The position numbers and the translations under genes were made by a program. The notes under the pieces were generated by a model. It had not been told where the DNA came from and made no database searches. It saw nothing but the letters and a program-made list of their open reading frames with translations. A DNA stretch of 64,000 bases from a virus. This document shows, in pieces, positions 38,482 through 47,452 of this stretch. The stretch's first letter is position 1; each line of letters starts with the position of its first letter. The stretch lies in IMG/VR virus record IMGVR_UViG_3300029349_000001, positions 64,001-128,000 of that record. One strand, 5' to 3'.

Positions 38482-38869
38482 TGGGGTTGTCCTTTGTGTC
38501 TTGAGTCTTATCGTCTGTTTTATTGATTGTATCTATAATAGCTTCTTTTATAAAAGCAAAAAATGAATCTACATAATCACCGTATAGTACTCCTGTTGGC
38601 ACAGGAATGTGATAGTTTTGTTCGAACATACCTTTTGACCCAACATACTCACCCTTCTCATTCTGCTCTAACACATTAGCATTAACTTTGATTAATATTT
38701 CGTGAGGGGCTGTTGTAAGCTTGGATTGATCCTCAAAAATTTCTCCATATTGAGAAGAGGCCATTTTCAGTACATCCTTAATGTCGTCAGGATGTAGATT
38801 TTTCATATTCTCAACAAGCTGTATATATTCTTCGCTTAGTTCTTCGTTTGGTTCTGTCATTTTGGCCAC
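38474..38869 (-). CDS. Hypothetical protein
   Basis: In-operon ORF. Confidence 0.6.
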   Translation of the reverse strand: MAKMTEPNEELSEEYIQLVENMKNLHPDDIKDVLKMASSQYGEIFEDQSKLTTAPHEILIKVNANVLEQNEKGEYVGSKGMFEQNYHIPVPTGVLYGDYVDSFFAFIKEAIIDTINKTDDKTQDTKDNPNA

Positions 38870-39201
38870 TGTATTTTTGGTTGTTTTTTAAGTCTACTCA
38901 TACCCTTGGGTAGTTGCTTTGCTAAGTCTTGGTCTTTATAAGCGTTGTGCTTGTGATGTAGATGGTCTTTTTCGTCTTGACTTAGCCTGTCTCTATTTCT
39001 ATTAGCTAAGTCTCCCAACTTAAGTTCTCCGTCAGACTTAATCACAGAACCAGATATGTTAGTTAGGTCATCAGCATAGGAACGATGTGTGTGTTTGTTT
39101 CCACAAGATACACAAACCTGAGTATCAGAGTATTGGGCAAAGGTTAGAAACAGTTCAAATTTATGACTACATTTGTCGCAAATAAACGTATAACTCGGCA
39201 T
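38857..39201 (-). CDS. FmdB-type zinc-ribbon protein
   Basis: MPSYTFICDKCSHKFE...CVSCG. Confidence 0.8.
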   Translation of the reverse strand: MPSYTFICDKCSHKFELFLTFAQYSDTQVCVSCGNKHTHRSYADDLTNISGSVIKSDGELKLGDLANRNRDRLSQDEKDHLHHKHNAYKDQDLAKQLPKGMSRLKKQPKIQWPK

Positions 39202-39608
39202 CAGCCAACCTCTCGCTGTGTTTTAGTAAAGAGTTTTCTATTATTGGTTTTTAGAAATGTCACATACTGATTGAATATGGTTTCCGGTACTTGCATAAAA
39301 ACATCTGTGGTTTTACATACTTTATTGACTGCACTATATGGCTGCTTATCCTTAACAGATGAATGAAGTTCAAAAGGGTCATGAAGCTTTTTATTTGGGG
39401 CGCTTCTAACAAAAAATGCAAAATTATCTGGATCGGACATATTACGAGCTAGCTTATTCTTTATTTTTTTTGCATAGGTCTGATCTGTTTCTTTTAAGGT
39501 TTGAAAGTTATCTTCTTCGTCCTTAAATTCGGCATGATCCGAGGTAGTAAAATAATAAGCATCAGCAGATTTATGCTTTATGCTAAAGTCATTAATGTCT
39601 ATTTTCAT
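39201..39608 (-). CDS. Hypothetical protein, paralog of 38092..38481
   Basis: YAKK..FFVR..LHDP..FNQYVTFLKTNN..RE. Confidence 0.65.
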   Translation of the reverse strand: MKIDINDFSIKHKSADAYYFTTSDHAEFKDEEDNFQTLKETDQTYAKKIKNKLARNMSDPDNFAFFVRSAPNKKLHDPFELHSSVKDKQPYSAVNKVCKTTDVFMQVPETIFNQYVTFLKTNNRKLFTKTQREVG

Positions 39609-40197
39609 TTCTAAGGTGTCCTATAAATGGCTCCCATTCCACATAGGAAGCGTGAGATATACCTATAGTAATCAAGTCCTTGTGCCAAGGCAAGTACAAA
39701 GTAGAATACTTGGGCTGTACTGGCTCTTTTAATAACGCCATATTAGCTTCTTCTGGCGTCTTATTGGCCTTCTTTGCGTTGCATTTAACGCAAGCTGTTA
39801 CTATATTTGTCCAGTTTGTAGATAGTTTCTTATTTCCTATGTGTCTAGATTTAGGTACCACATGATCGTATGTTAATTGATTTTGTGCATATTGCACTCC
39901 ACAATATTGACAAGTGAAATTATCTCTAATAAATAAATTTTTTCTAGAGAAATTAATATTTCTTTTATATACATCAAAATAATGACTTGTTTTTGCTACG
40001 GCGGGAATTGGATACTGTTGCCCACCAGAGCATTTAATAAAGTCATCTTTATAATGTGCTAAAATTTCAATAGAGTACTCAGTATCTGTCTCATACTTTA
40101 AAGACCATACAATAGCCCTCTGCCATGAGATGATACGAAGCGGTGAAAAATCAGCATTTAATAATAAACATCTACGATGATTCGTTTTGTCTTTCAT
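39592..40197 (-). CDS. HNH endonuclease (McrA-like)
   Basis: LLLNADFSPL, RDNFTCQYCG, DHVVP, NIVTACVKCNAKK. Confidence 0.9.
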   Translation of the reverse strand: MKDKTNHRRCLLLNADFSPLRIISWQRAIVWSLKYETDTEYSIEILAHYKDDFIKCSGGQQYPIPAVAKTSHYFDVYKRNINFSRKNLFIRDNFTCQYCGVQYAQNQLTYDHVVPKSRHIGNKKLSTNWTNIVTACVKCNAKKANKTPEEANMALLKEPVQPKYSTLYLPWHKDLITIGISHASYVEWEPFIGHLRNENRH

Positions 40198-40909
40198 AAG
40201 ATTCTAGTCTAGAAATAATTGCTGCTATAATCGGATTTCTGACTATATCAACAGATTCTAGAACAGAAAATCCTATGTTGTCAATGCCATCTAGATATTG
40301 TATCATACTGAGGAAGCCCCCACGTAAATGTCTAGATAGATCCGATTGTCCTATATCGCCAGTCAATACCATTTTACTTTCTCTGCCAAGTCTGGTCAAT
40401 AACATTTTAAGTTGATCATACGAAGCATTCTGACATTCATCCGCTACAATAAAACTATCATGAAAATTTCGACCTCTCATTAGTCCAAGTGGTACTACTT
40501 CAATTCTATTATTGAGTTTTAAACTAGCATATAAAGCAGGAGAAATAAAATGATTAATTTCATCAAGAATAGGTAGAAGATAAGGATGTAGTTTTTCTTC
40601 TGCTGTTCCTGGCAAATATCCAATTTTTTCACCCGCTTCCAATACCGGTCTCGTTATAATAATTTTCTTGACTTTTTCTTCAAGAAGATATTCTAAAGCC
40701 ATACCTATAGCAATATGTGTTTTACCACTACCAGCTAAACCCTGACAAAATGTAATACCATTTTCAGCAATAGTTCTAATATAGTTTTTTTGGTTTTCTG
40801 TTCTAGGTTTTAGCCTATTTCTAAAACCACTATATGGAGTAGCTGCTTCAAGATTATTGGTAACGTCTATAACGGATCTATTTTTCTTTTTTGATTGTTT
40901 TTTTCTCAA
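40172..40909 (-). CDS. phoH: PhoH-family ATPase
   Basis: GLAGSGKT, GYLPG, MRGRNF, DECQN, LTRLG, GDIGQSD. Confidence 0.93.
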   Translation of the reverse strand: MRKKQSKKKNRSVIDVTNNLEAATPYSGFRNRLKPRTENQKNYIRTIAENGITFCQGLAGSGKTHIAIGMALEYLLEEKVKKIIITRPVLEAGEKIGYLPGTAEEKLHPYLLPILDEINHFISPALYASLKLNNRIEVVPLGLMRGRNFHDSFIVADECQNASYDQLKMLLTRLGRESKMVLTGDIGQSDLSRHLRGGFLSMIQYLDGIDNIGFSVLESVDIVRNPIIAAIISRLESYERQNESS

Positions 40910-40938
40910 TTGTGGACCCTTTACTAGTAGAGTTTAAA

Positions 40939-43134
40939 TTAGATCAGACAAGCGCCGCCCGCACAACTAATTTCCTCTATACCAGTCGTATTGTCCTCTG
41001 TTTCCGATAGTTGCGTATAATCAACCTTCTTAAAACTATTGAATAAATCACAATAAATTTTCCAATTATATACATCTTTCATACAATATGTAAGTCTTTT
41101 AACGTCACCATCAAAATACTTACCAGCAAAATTTTTCATCTTGGTTACAAACAATAGCTTATCTTGGCTATCGTTTTCTTTGGCTTGATTCAAAGATACA
41201 TAGTCACATGCCGCCCATAGATTATTATTAAAGGCATTTAATCCTAATTCAATTAATCCAGAACACCATAAGGCAGCATCGCCATATTCTTTTACAATTT
41301 CTCTGCTTGTATAAACAGTTGTAAATGGAGCCTGTGGATAGTCTTTGTCTCCACTTTGAGGAATAAGACTAATACCAGCAAAATATTTTCTATTATCATA
41401 GATATACTTTGTAACTTCATCCCATTCATCTGGTTTTACAGTAACGGTGTTGCTCACATTATGACTAAGATAGTCTTGTGTGCATAATGATCTATTCTTA
41501 CCAGAGTTGACCCAATTCTTCTGTGTTTCTTTTACCACAGCAAGCATCTCTACGGCTGGTAATTGGTTCTTTAATTTAGCTCCATCTGGTACTTCGATTG
41601 GAAACTTAATAACTTCGTCAGTATTGTTGGCAGACCACGAGGATAACTCACAAGCCTGCGGATTTAACTTTTTGAAGTGTTGGTATGGTGCCTCTAAAAT
41701 ATTGGCTTGTACATGGCGAATATAGCGTTTGGCGTGGTGAGGATGGATACCAGAACTTGTACCAAGCATACTACTACTAGTACCTTCTGGCTTTAGGCAT
41801 GTAACTCTAGCAGCTTGATTAATATTGATCTTTTTAGCTAGTTGCTTATTAGTATCAACAGCGATTTTGGCTCCCTTAGTTAAGACCTTTTCTGTTAATA
41901 CAAGATCATGTTTTTCCATGGTTCCCGTAAGAGACACTCCTAATAGGGCTTCTCTATCAAAAATCTTTTCACTAATATCTCCGAGATATGCAAGCTTAGT
42001 AAAACCAGCTTGTAAAGTACCAATAATAGATGCAGCCTTGCATCTTTCATAAAAATCATCTTCATCTGTAACGCTAGAGCAATTAATGGTTGATAGATTA
42101 CATCCTTGCCATCCGCTCTTACCGCTTTCTTCGTCAACTGGCCACATACCAATTTCCACACATGGATTAAAAATCATTTCTGTGGATTCGCTCCAGATAA
42201 ATCCTGGTTCTCCAAACTCCTTGACGCTTTCCATAAGAACTTTAAATTCTTCGAATGTAGTTTCATTCTTGAGAAGAAGCGCCGAGTTATTACTTCTGGC
42301 TCTTTGTGGATTCTCAATATACCAGTTGCCAGTTTTAGCCTTCGCCATTTCTTCATCATCTGGACTAAAAAGTGCTAGACTAGCCGAACGACGAACGCCA
42401 CCACTTAATACAGCATCACTGCTATGCATAACAATATCATATGCATCGATTGGGCGTAGTCTTTTTTGTCCATTGGCTACGCAACGATCTAATAAGGCTC
42501 GAATTTTTTCTAAACCCTTTTGCAGTGGCTCGAAGCCTGGGGCCTTTCCGACACCACTAGCAAGAGAGGAACCCTTGGCTCTAATATTGGAATAATCAAA
42601 AATTACATATGTATTTTTATACGCTTTGAATTCTTCCATCGGCTTGCTAAAATAAGAACTTAATAGTACACCCAAAGCATTAGCCCATCCTTCAATGCTA
42701 TCTTCTATAACATACTTGGATGCTTGGTCGTTATTCTCTACGTTATGTTCTAGGGTTGGCAACTTAGCAACATGGTGCTTTTGTACACTGAATCCAGTGC
42801 CGCTACCACACAATAGTAACCAGAAACACTCTTGGAAAAATCGTAATCTATCACAATAAGAACTTGTGCAGTTGTAGATCTTGGCGTGTCTCTTTAGAAT
42901 TGGATCTCCGCCGAATTGTAATGCTCTCTGAGAACCTAATACCTTTTTCTTGTACATCATATCGTATGCCCACTCGATCTCTTCGGAGATTCCCTTATCG
43001 GCATACATGGTATGCATCATGTTTTTTACTCTTTCTACCGCTTCTTTCCAAGTCTCTCTACGATTTTTATCTTCTAACCAACGAGCATACTTACTAACGA
43101 AAGTATAATTTTGCAATTCTTGTAGAGCCGACAT
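40939..43134 (-). CDS. nrdJ: Class II (adenosylcobalamin) ribonucleotide reductase
   Basis: RRETW, YNC, GGVRRSA, NPCVEI, GCNL, KPEGT, C-terminal CAGGAC; no beta subunit nearby. Confidence 0.88.
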   Translation of the reverse strand: MSALQELQNYTFVSKYARWLEDKNRRETWKEAVERVKNMMHTMYADKGISEEIEWAYDMMYKKKVLGSQRALQFGGDPILKRHAKIYNCTSSYCDRLRFFQECFWLLLCGSGTGFSVQKHHVAKLPTLEHNVENNDQASKYVIEDSIEGWANALGVLLSSYFSKPMEEFKAYKNTYVIFDYSNIRAKGSSLASGVGKAPGFEPLQKGLEKIRALLDRCVANGQKRLRPIDAYDIVMHSSDAVLSGGVRRSASLALFSPDDEEMAKAKTGNWYIENPQRARSNNSALLLKNETTFEEFKVLMESVKEFGEPGFIWSESTEMIFNPCVEIGMWPVDEESGKSGWQGCNLSTINCSSVTDEDDFYERCKAASIIGTLQAGFTKLAYLGDISEKIFDREALLGVSLTGTMEKHDLVLTEKVLTKGAKIAVDTNKQLAKKININQAARVTCLKPEGTSSSMLGTSSGIHPHHAKRYIRHVQANILEAPYQHFKKLNPQACELSSWSANNTDEVIKFPIEVPDGAKLKNQLPAVEMLAVVKETQKNWVNSGKNRSLCTQDYLSHNVSNTVTVKPDEWDEVTKYIYDNRKYFAGISLIPQSGDKDYPQAPFTTVYTSREIVKEYGDAALWCSGLIELGLNAFNNNLWAACDYVSLNQAKENDSQDKLLFVTKMKNFAGKYFDGDVKRLTYCMKDVYNWKIYCDLFNSFKKVDYTQLSETEDNTTGIEEISCAGGACLI

Positions 43135-43250
43135 ATTTTCTCCTTGTACTTAATTAATTGATCTTGAAAGAATGGTGACTAATATTAGAGAGAGATTCGA
43201 TCATTTTTGTGATGTCACCGACAATAAGAGTAATAAAACGTCATCATTGT

Positions 43251-43265
43251 ATACTACAATACACC
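43251..43265 (-). promoter_or_regulatory. GGTGTAT-type putative phage promoter upstream of nrdJ
   Basis: GGTGTATTGTAGTAT; the same core recurs at other gene boundaries. Confidence 0.4.
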
Positions 43266-43721
43266 ACACAAATTTTTAACCCAAGAAAGATCCGGTGTCA
43301 CCCTAATGATTTTGATACCACTATTTTGTGTAAATGTATCAAATATTTTTTGCTCCGCTTCATCAAATAGGACTGTGCCATGATTATTGGACATTATTAC
43401 CGTATCAATACCCTCTTGCCACAAAGCCATAATACAATCGTTACAGCATTGACCAGAAACATATGCTGTTCCGCTATCTGGCCTAACCACACAGTTACTC
43501 AAGGCGTTTCTTTCTGCATGAATCATCCATCTATACTTATCTGGTCTGTGTGTAGGCAGAGCATCATCCTGCATATTTCTGGGAAATCCATTATATCCTA
43601 CGCCTAGTATCCTATGTTTCTTATCTGTAATCACACATCCATGTTGAGTATGAATATCATGACTACGCTGAGAAACAACTTTAGCAAGTCCTAAGAAATA
43701 ATCCGTCCACGCTGGTCTCAT
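43254..43721 (-). CDS. dCMP deaminase
   Basis: WTDYF, GYNG, HAERNA, CNDC. Confidence 0.9.
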   Translation of the reverse strand: MRPAWTDYFLGLAKVVSQRSHDIHTQHGCVITDKKHRILGVGYNGFPRNMQDDALPTHRPDKYRWMIHAERNALSNCVVRPDSGTAYVSGQCCNDCIMALWQEGIDTVIMSNNHGTVLFDEAEQKIFDTFTQNSGIKIIRVTPDLSWVKNLCGVL

Positions 43722-43744
43722 TTTTTCCTCTTGAGTGATAGACT

Positions 43745-43773
43745 ATTCTAACACTCTGACAGAAATAAGTCAA
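43745..43773 (-). promoter_or_regulatory. Sigma70-type promoter of dCMP deaminase
   Basis: Minus strand TTGACT-17 nt-TAGAAT. Confidence 0.7.
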
Positions 43774-43781
43774 GCGTTGGA

Positions 43782-44033
43782 TTACTTGTTCGCTGTGATT
43801 TTATTATAGACTATCAAGGCTATAACAGAACCGACTATGCCCATTAAAATACCCGCTGGAGAAACAGCAGAATATTGTCCTAGTAGGTATAGAATGGCTC
43901 CACCGGTATATGAACCGGCTACACCTAAAGCTATAGTTTGAAGAAAACCAAATCTTTCTTCTCCGGGGACTATAGACTTAGCAATAGACCCTACTAGAAC
44001 GCCATATACACACCATATTAATATACTAAACAT
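43782..44033 (-). CDS. GlsB/YeaQ/YmgE (transglycosylase-associated) membrane protein
   Basis: GSIAKSIVPG..GFLQTIALGVAGSYTGG; three TM segments. Confidence 0.85.
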   Translation of the reverse strand: MFSILIWCVYGVLVGSIAKSIVPGEERFGFLQTIALGVAGSYTGGAILYLLGQYSAVSPAGILMGIVGSVIALIVYNKITANK

Positions 44034-44439
44034 TTGAGGACTCCTCTACTAAGGTAATGATTTCTTCCTCCGTGAGTTCTGGTCCGGTCTCCATAATAGA
44101 ACGCTTAAGTTCTGCACCATAAGTTTTGTAATCTTCTGGAGATAGTTTATTTTTGATAATTTTATTTAATCTCCACATGGTCAATAGATTCTTCTTGATG
44201 CATACTTCGCTAACGGCCTGTTTCATCATTTCTCCCTGTCTGTTTTTACTTAATCCTAGGAGTTTTTTCTTATTGCATTCTTGTATGATGCGAATTAGAG
44301 ATAAAACAATACCAATAATCATAAGAATCAAAATAATACTTTGAGAATTTTGACGCTGTAACGATCTCTTGTCTTCGTCAAGATTCATTTTATTCATTAC
44401 TTTGACGGCGATTTGTTCTAGTTTTTCATTATTAGACAT
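44026..44439 (-). CDS. Single-TM hypothetical protein
   Basis: SIILILMIIGIVLSLIRII hydrophobic segment. Confidence 0.65.
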   Translation of the reverse strand: MSNNEKLEQIAVKVMNKMNLDEDKRSLQRQNSQSIILILMIIGIVLSLIRIIQECNKKKLLGLSKNRQGEMMKQAVSEVCIKKNLLTMWRLNKIIKNKLSPEDYKTYGAELKRSIMETGPELTEEEIITLVEESSNV

Positions 44440-44457
44440 AGTATTAGCCTTTTATGT

Positions 44458-44694
44458 TTATGGTTCGCAATAGCCACAATCTACTTCTTTAATGCCATCA
44501 CCACTCAAATATTTACCTGTGCCTTTACAAACTGGGCAATCTTTTCTTTTGTGTTTGGTGACAATAGGAACGTCTCTAGCCTTGATATGCGCTCCTACTA
44601 TAGTTACTACACCCGTACTGTCTCCGCTATAGTTTTTATTAACACAACCACCGATCAAACAAATAAGCATTAGTGCTATAATATATTTATACAT
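44458..44694 (-). CDS. Putative lipoprotein with DnaJ-type Zn finger
   Basis: Signal peptide ending IGGC; CPVCKGTG...CGYC. Confidence 0.6.
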   Translation of the reverse strand: MYKYIIALMLICLIGGCVNKNYSGDSTGVVTIVGAHIKARDVPIVTKHKRKDCPVCKGTGKYLSGDGIKEVDCGYCEP

Positions 44695-44696
44695 AA

Positions 44697-44882
44697 TTAC
44701 TTTTTCTTCAAAACAGAGTCTAGTTTTTTACGAACCCAAGGAAACTTGGGCTTTGGAGAAACAGGAGAAGGAATATCGTCTATATTTTTAACGTGTGGTT
44801 GCATCATTTTTAATATAGCCAAAATAAAGCTAGTAATAATTTTAATTAGTCTATTTAAAGCAATTTTATCTATAATATTCAT
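44697..44882 (-). CDS. Small hypothetical membrane-associated protein
   Basis: Overlapping in-operon ORF with an amphipathic helix. Confidence 0.55.
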   Translation of the reverse strand: MNIIDKIALNRLIKIITSFILAILKMMQPHVKNIDDIPSPVSPKPKFPWVRKKLDSVLKKK

Positions 44883-45802
44883 AGGTAATCAAATCCGTAG
44901 TCTGGTAATTTTTGTAAAGGAAAACCATCGAATGCACTAAAAGTAAAAGCGCCCCCACCACTCAACATACCCTCTGCCACATCTGCTGTAATCAAGAATG
45001 AACCATCAGGAATCTTACCCCAAGCAGGATGTCCACCACTATTCCATTTGCCCCAACTATTTTGTACTAAAAATAAAGGCTCACTTCCGGTATCATCACA
45101 AGCGATCCATGCCATCGAATGACCCCAACTACCACTGGGTCTAGCGATACCATTAGATTCTCTTACTCTAGAAAATCCATAACCAGAACATACATTAACA
45201 CCATATCCATTAGCTAATGCATCTCTAGCTTCTTCTACGGTACGAATATTGCTAATGGTTTTAATCTTATGTTTGTGGGCTAATTTTCTAACGTCCTCTG
45301 GTACGCCACCACTACCCCACCTATCTCCTATAGAGCTATTATATTTACTTAAATCTATAATGCCGTCATAATTTTGTCTAACTAATACACCGCCTATTTT
45401 GCTAACAAATTCGGCGGCTCTAGAGCAACTCATGCCCTGTCCACTATGACCTCTGCTACCATAGATAGCTTCAGTTGCTCCTCTGGCTATCCATGCTTCT
45501 CTTTCATGGTTAACATGTATTTCTATAGCTCTGGTAATATCTACAGCGTTTCTTGTTCCATGGCTTACGCAATCTCCTGTAGTTTGTCTTTCTTCATAAG
45601 CCAACTTATCAAATCTTAATACTGATTTAAAAGGTGTACTTAACTTACCTTTTCCAGTATTTTTAATCTGAGGACTAGCCTCACCAAAATACGGATATTT
45701 CAGTTTGCTCATTAGTCTTTCTAGATGCTCTGGTTCATCTATGCATCCAGCAAAACCATTAGAATACATATCATATAATGTTTTTGGAGTATATCTAGGC
45801 AT
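44879..45802 (-). CDS. Papain-like (C1) cysteine peptidase
   Basis: QTTGDCVSH (Gln/Cys), GHSM (His), QNSWG (Asn). Confidence 0.85.
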   Translation of the reverse strand: MPRYTPKTLYDMYSNGFAGCIDEPEHLERLMSKLKYPYFGEASPQIKNTGKGKLSTPFKSVLRFDKLAYEERQTTGDCVSHGTRNAVDITRAIEIHVNHEREAWIARGATEAIYGSRGHSGQGMSCSRAAEFVSKIGGVLVRQNYDGIIDLSKYNSSIGDRWGSGGVPEDVRKLAHKHKIKTISNIRTVEEARDALANGYGVNVCSGYGFSRVRESNGIARPSGSWGHSMAWIACDDTGSEPLFLVQNSWGKWNSGGHPAWGKIPDGSFLITADVAEGMLSGGGAFTFSAFDGFPLQKLPDYGFDYL

Positions 45803-45805
45803 TTA

Positions 45806-46288
45806 TTATAGACCTTTAGTTAGCGCCCAAGCAATGGCTTTGAACACATCAACACTACGTTGACGTAATTCGGGTGATAACGCAATGTTATCGTCTCCTA
45901 TATAAGACTTAACAACACCATTGAGTTCTTCTCCTAGATCATCATATTTATCTTTAATATTAAGTTCTAGCATCTTACCGCTTAATTTATTAGCTTCTCT
46001 AATTTCTTCAGTGTTTTTAATCACAGTATCGTCATCATTAATAGATATTAGTTTAGCAAGATCGAGGTACAGTCCGGACAGTTTTCTCATGTCTTCGGCC
46101 TTATCACTATAATCGGACGACTTAACTATCTGAATAATTTTCTCACATTTAGATTGTAGTTCGTCAGATGGTAGAGATACTGATACCGCCTGACTACTAC
46201 TATTAAAATGAGACAATGATGGCTGGAATACACCAACCACCAATAGCAATGCTGCTACTAGCCAGAGCAAACTATTATTTTTATTCAT
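45806..46288 (-). CDS. Secreted/membrane-anchored hypothetical protein
   Basis: N-terminal hydrophobic signal. Confidence 0.6.
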   Translation of the reverse strand: MNKNNSLLWLVAALLLVVGVFQPSLSHFNSSSQAVSVSLPSDELQSKCEKIIQIVKSSDYSDKAEDMRKLSGLYLDLAKLISINDDDTVIKNTEEIREANKLSGKMLELNIKDKYDDLGEELNGVVKSYIGDDNIALSPELRQRSVDVFKAIAWALTKGL

Positions 46289-46674
46289 TTAACTTCCTCT
46301 TTTTTGCCACAAACTGTTGGACTTAAGTATGGAAACATTTGATCTGCAACCTTAATAGCTTCGACACAGCCGCTCTTTTCGGCCAAGTCTCTTGTCTGCT
46401 TCCAAGAAACAATTAGCTTAAAAAAGGTTTCGTCTTTTTCTGCTGTGGCCACAACTTTTGGTACAACTACCGGATCTACTTTTGGTACGCTAACACCACC
46501 CGTTCTTTTGTTAACTAAATCCTTTAGTCCCGAGACCACAGGAGATAGAACGGAAGTTAGGTTGTCCTTGAATAGAATCCATACAACAAGAGCAACACCA
46601 GCATAAAGGGCCAAGTCCATTGGTCCTGTTTTAGCAGCAAATTCTTCAAAACTTTGTGTAAAATTAATATTCAT
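46285..46674 (-). CDS. Single-TM hypothetical protein
   Basis: LALYAGVALVVWILF. Confidence 0.6.
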   Translation of the reverse strand: MNINFTQSFEEFAAKTGPMDLALYAGVALVVWILFKDNLTSVLSPVVSGLKDLVNKRTGGVSVPKVDPVVVPKVVATAEKDETFFKLIVSWKQTRDLAEKSGCVEAIKVADQMFPYLSPTVCGKKEEVK

Positions 46675-46690
46675 ATTATTATCCTCTTTC

Positions 46691-47101
46691 TTATACCTGT
46701 GGGGTTGTTTCTATTTGTGATGTTTTTTTCTTTAAAAATACTCCAGTATTTCTGAATGTTGTTACTAGAGCATCTATAGAAGCACCGACTAGCACCATTA
46801 AAAATGCCTTAACATATTTATGAATCACTGGTTCTAGAATATTTGGCACAACCGGAATGTCAATAACAACAAACACATTATCATAAAATTTATTGAGCAA
46901 ATCCATAGCTAGTGCTTTTTTATCTGGTCCGCTTAGGTCGTTACCTATAGCTTCTATAATTTGAATAATAGATGCTGTGGCGAGCTGTAATACTTTCCAT
47001 GCTTCTGCCATAGCGATACTTTTAACACTATTTAAACTACTCTTAGTACTAAGAATTAGTTTTTCTACTTCTGCTCTTATTAGATCTTGGCTTGTTAACA
47101 T
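46691..47101 (-). CDS. Hypothetical helical protein
   Basis: Start taken at MLTSQD (ORF track 47134). Confidence 0.55.
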   Translation of the reverse strand: MLTSQDLIRAEVEKLILSTKSSLNSVKSIAMAEAWKVLQLATASIIQIIEAIGNDLSGPDKKALAMDLLNKFYDNVFVVIDIPVVPNILEPVIHKYVKAFLMVLVGASIDALVTTFRNTGVFLKKKTSQIETTPQV

Positions 47102-47372
47102 TTTTAGTTTCTCTCTTTTTGGGTTTTGTAGCAACGGGTTCTTCTGTTTCTTTCCAAGTTTTCTTGATTTCTTTTCTACTATTGATATATTTATATAGAA
47201 TAGCTAACTGACCTCCAATTAAAATCATACTTTCTACGCCATGACTAACATCTCGTATAAGATCTTCTTTTTGGCTATTGTCTCCTATTAAGCCTAATAA
47301 GTATAGGCCACTAAAAACAAAACTGACTAAAGTAAACCAAAATTCACTAGTACGATATCCGGGTTTAATCAT
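47049..47372 (-). CDS. Holin-like membrane protein
   Basis: KPGYRTSEFW, two TM segments, basic tail. Confidence 0.55.
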   Translation of the reverse strand: MIKPGYRTSEFWFTLVSFVFSGLYLLGLIGDNSQKEDLIRDVSHGVESMILIGGQLAILYKYINSRKEIKKTWKETEEPVATKPKKRETKNVNKPRSNKSRSRKTNS

Positions 47373-47405
47373 TAATTATATCTCCAAAAGAATGACTACC
47401 ACAGT

Positions 47406-47422
47406 ATTATAGTATATACACC
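47406..47422 (-). promoter_or_regulatory. GGTGTAT-type putative promoter
   Basis: GGTGTATATACTATAAT in the intergenic gap upstream of 47372. Confidence 0.5.
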
Positions 47423-47452
47423 AAATCAAATATGGTAAAATATACAGTGGTT

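Noticed and set aside
43135-43253. Cobalamin riboswitch upstream of nrdJ
   Set aside because: The region is short and AT-rich, with no recognisable B12-box.
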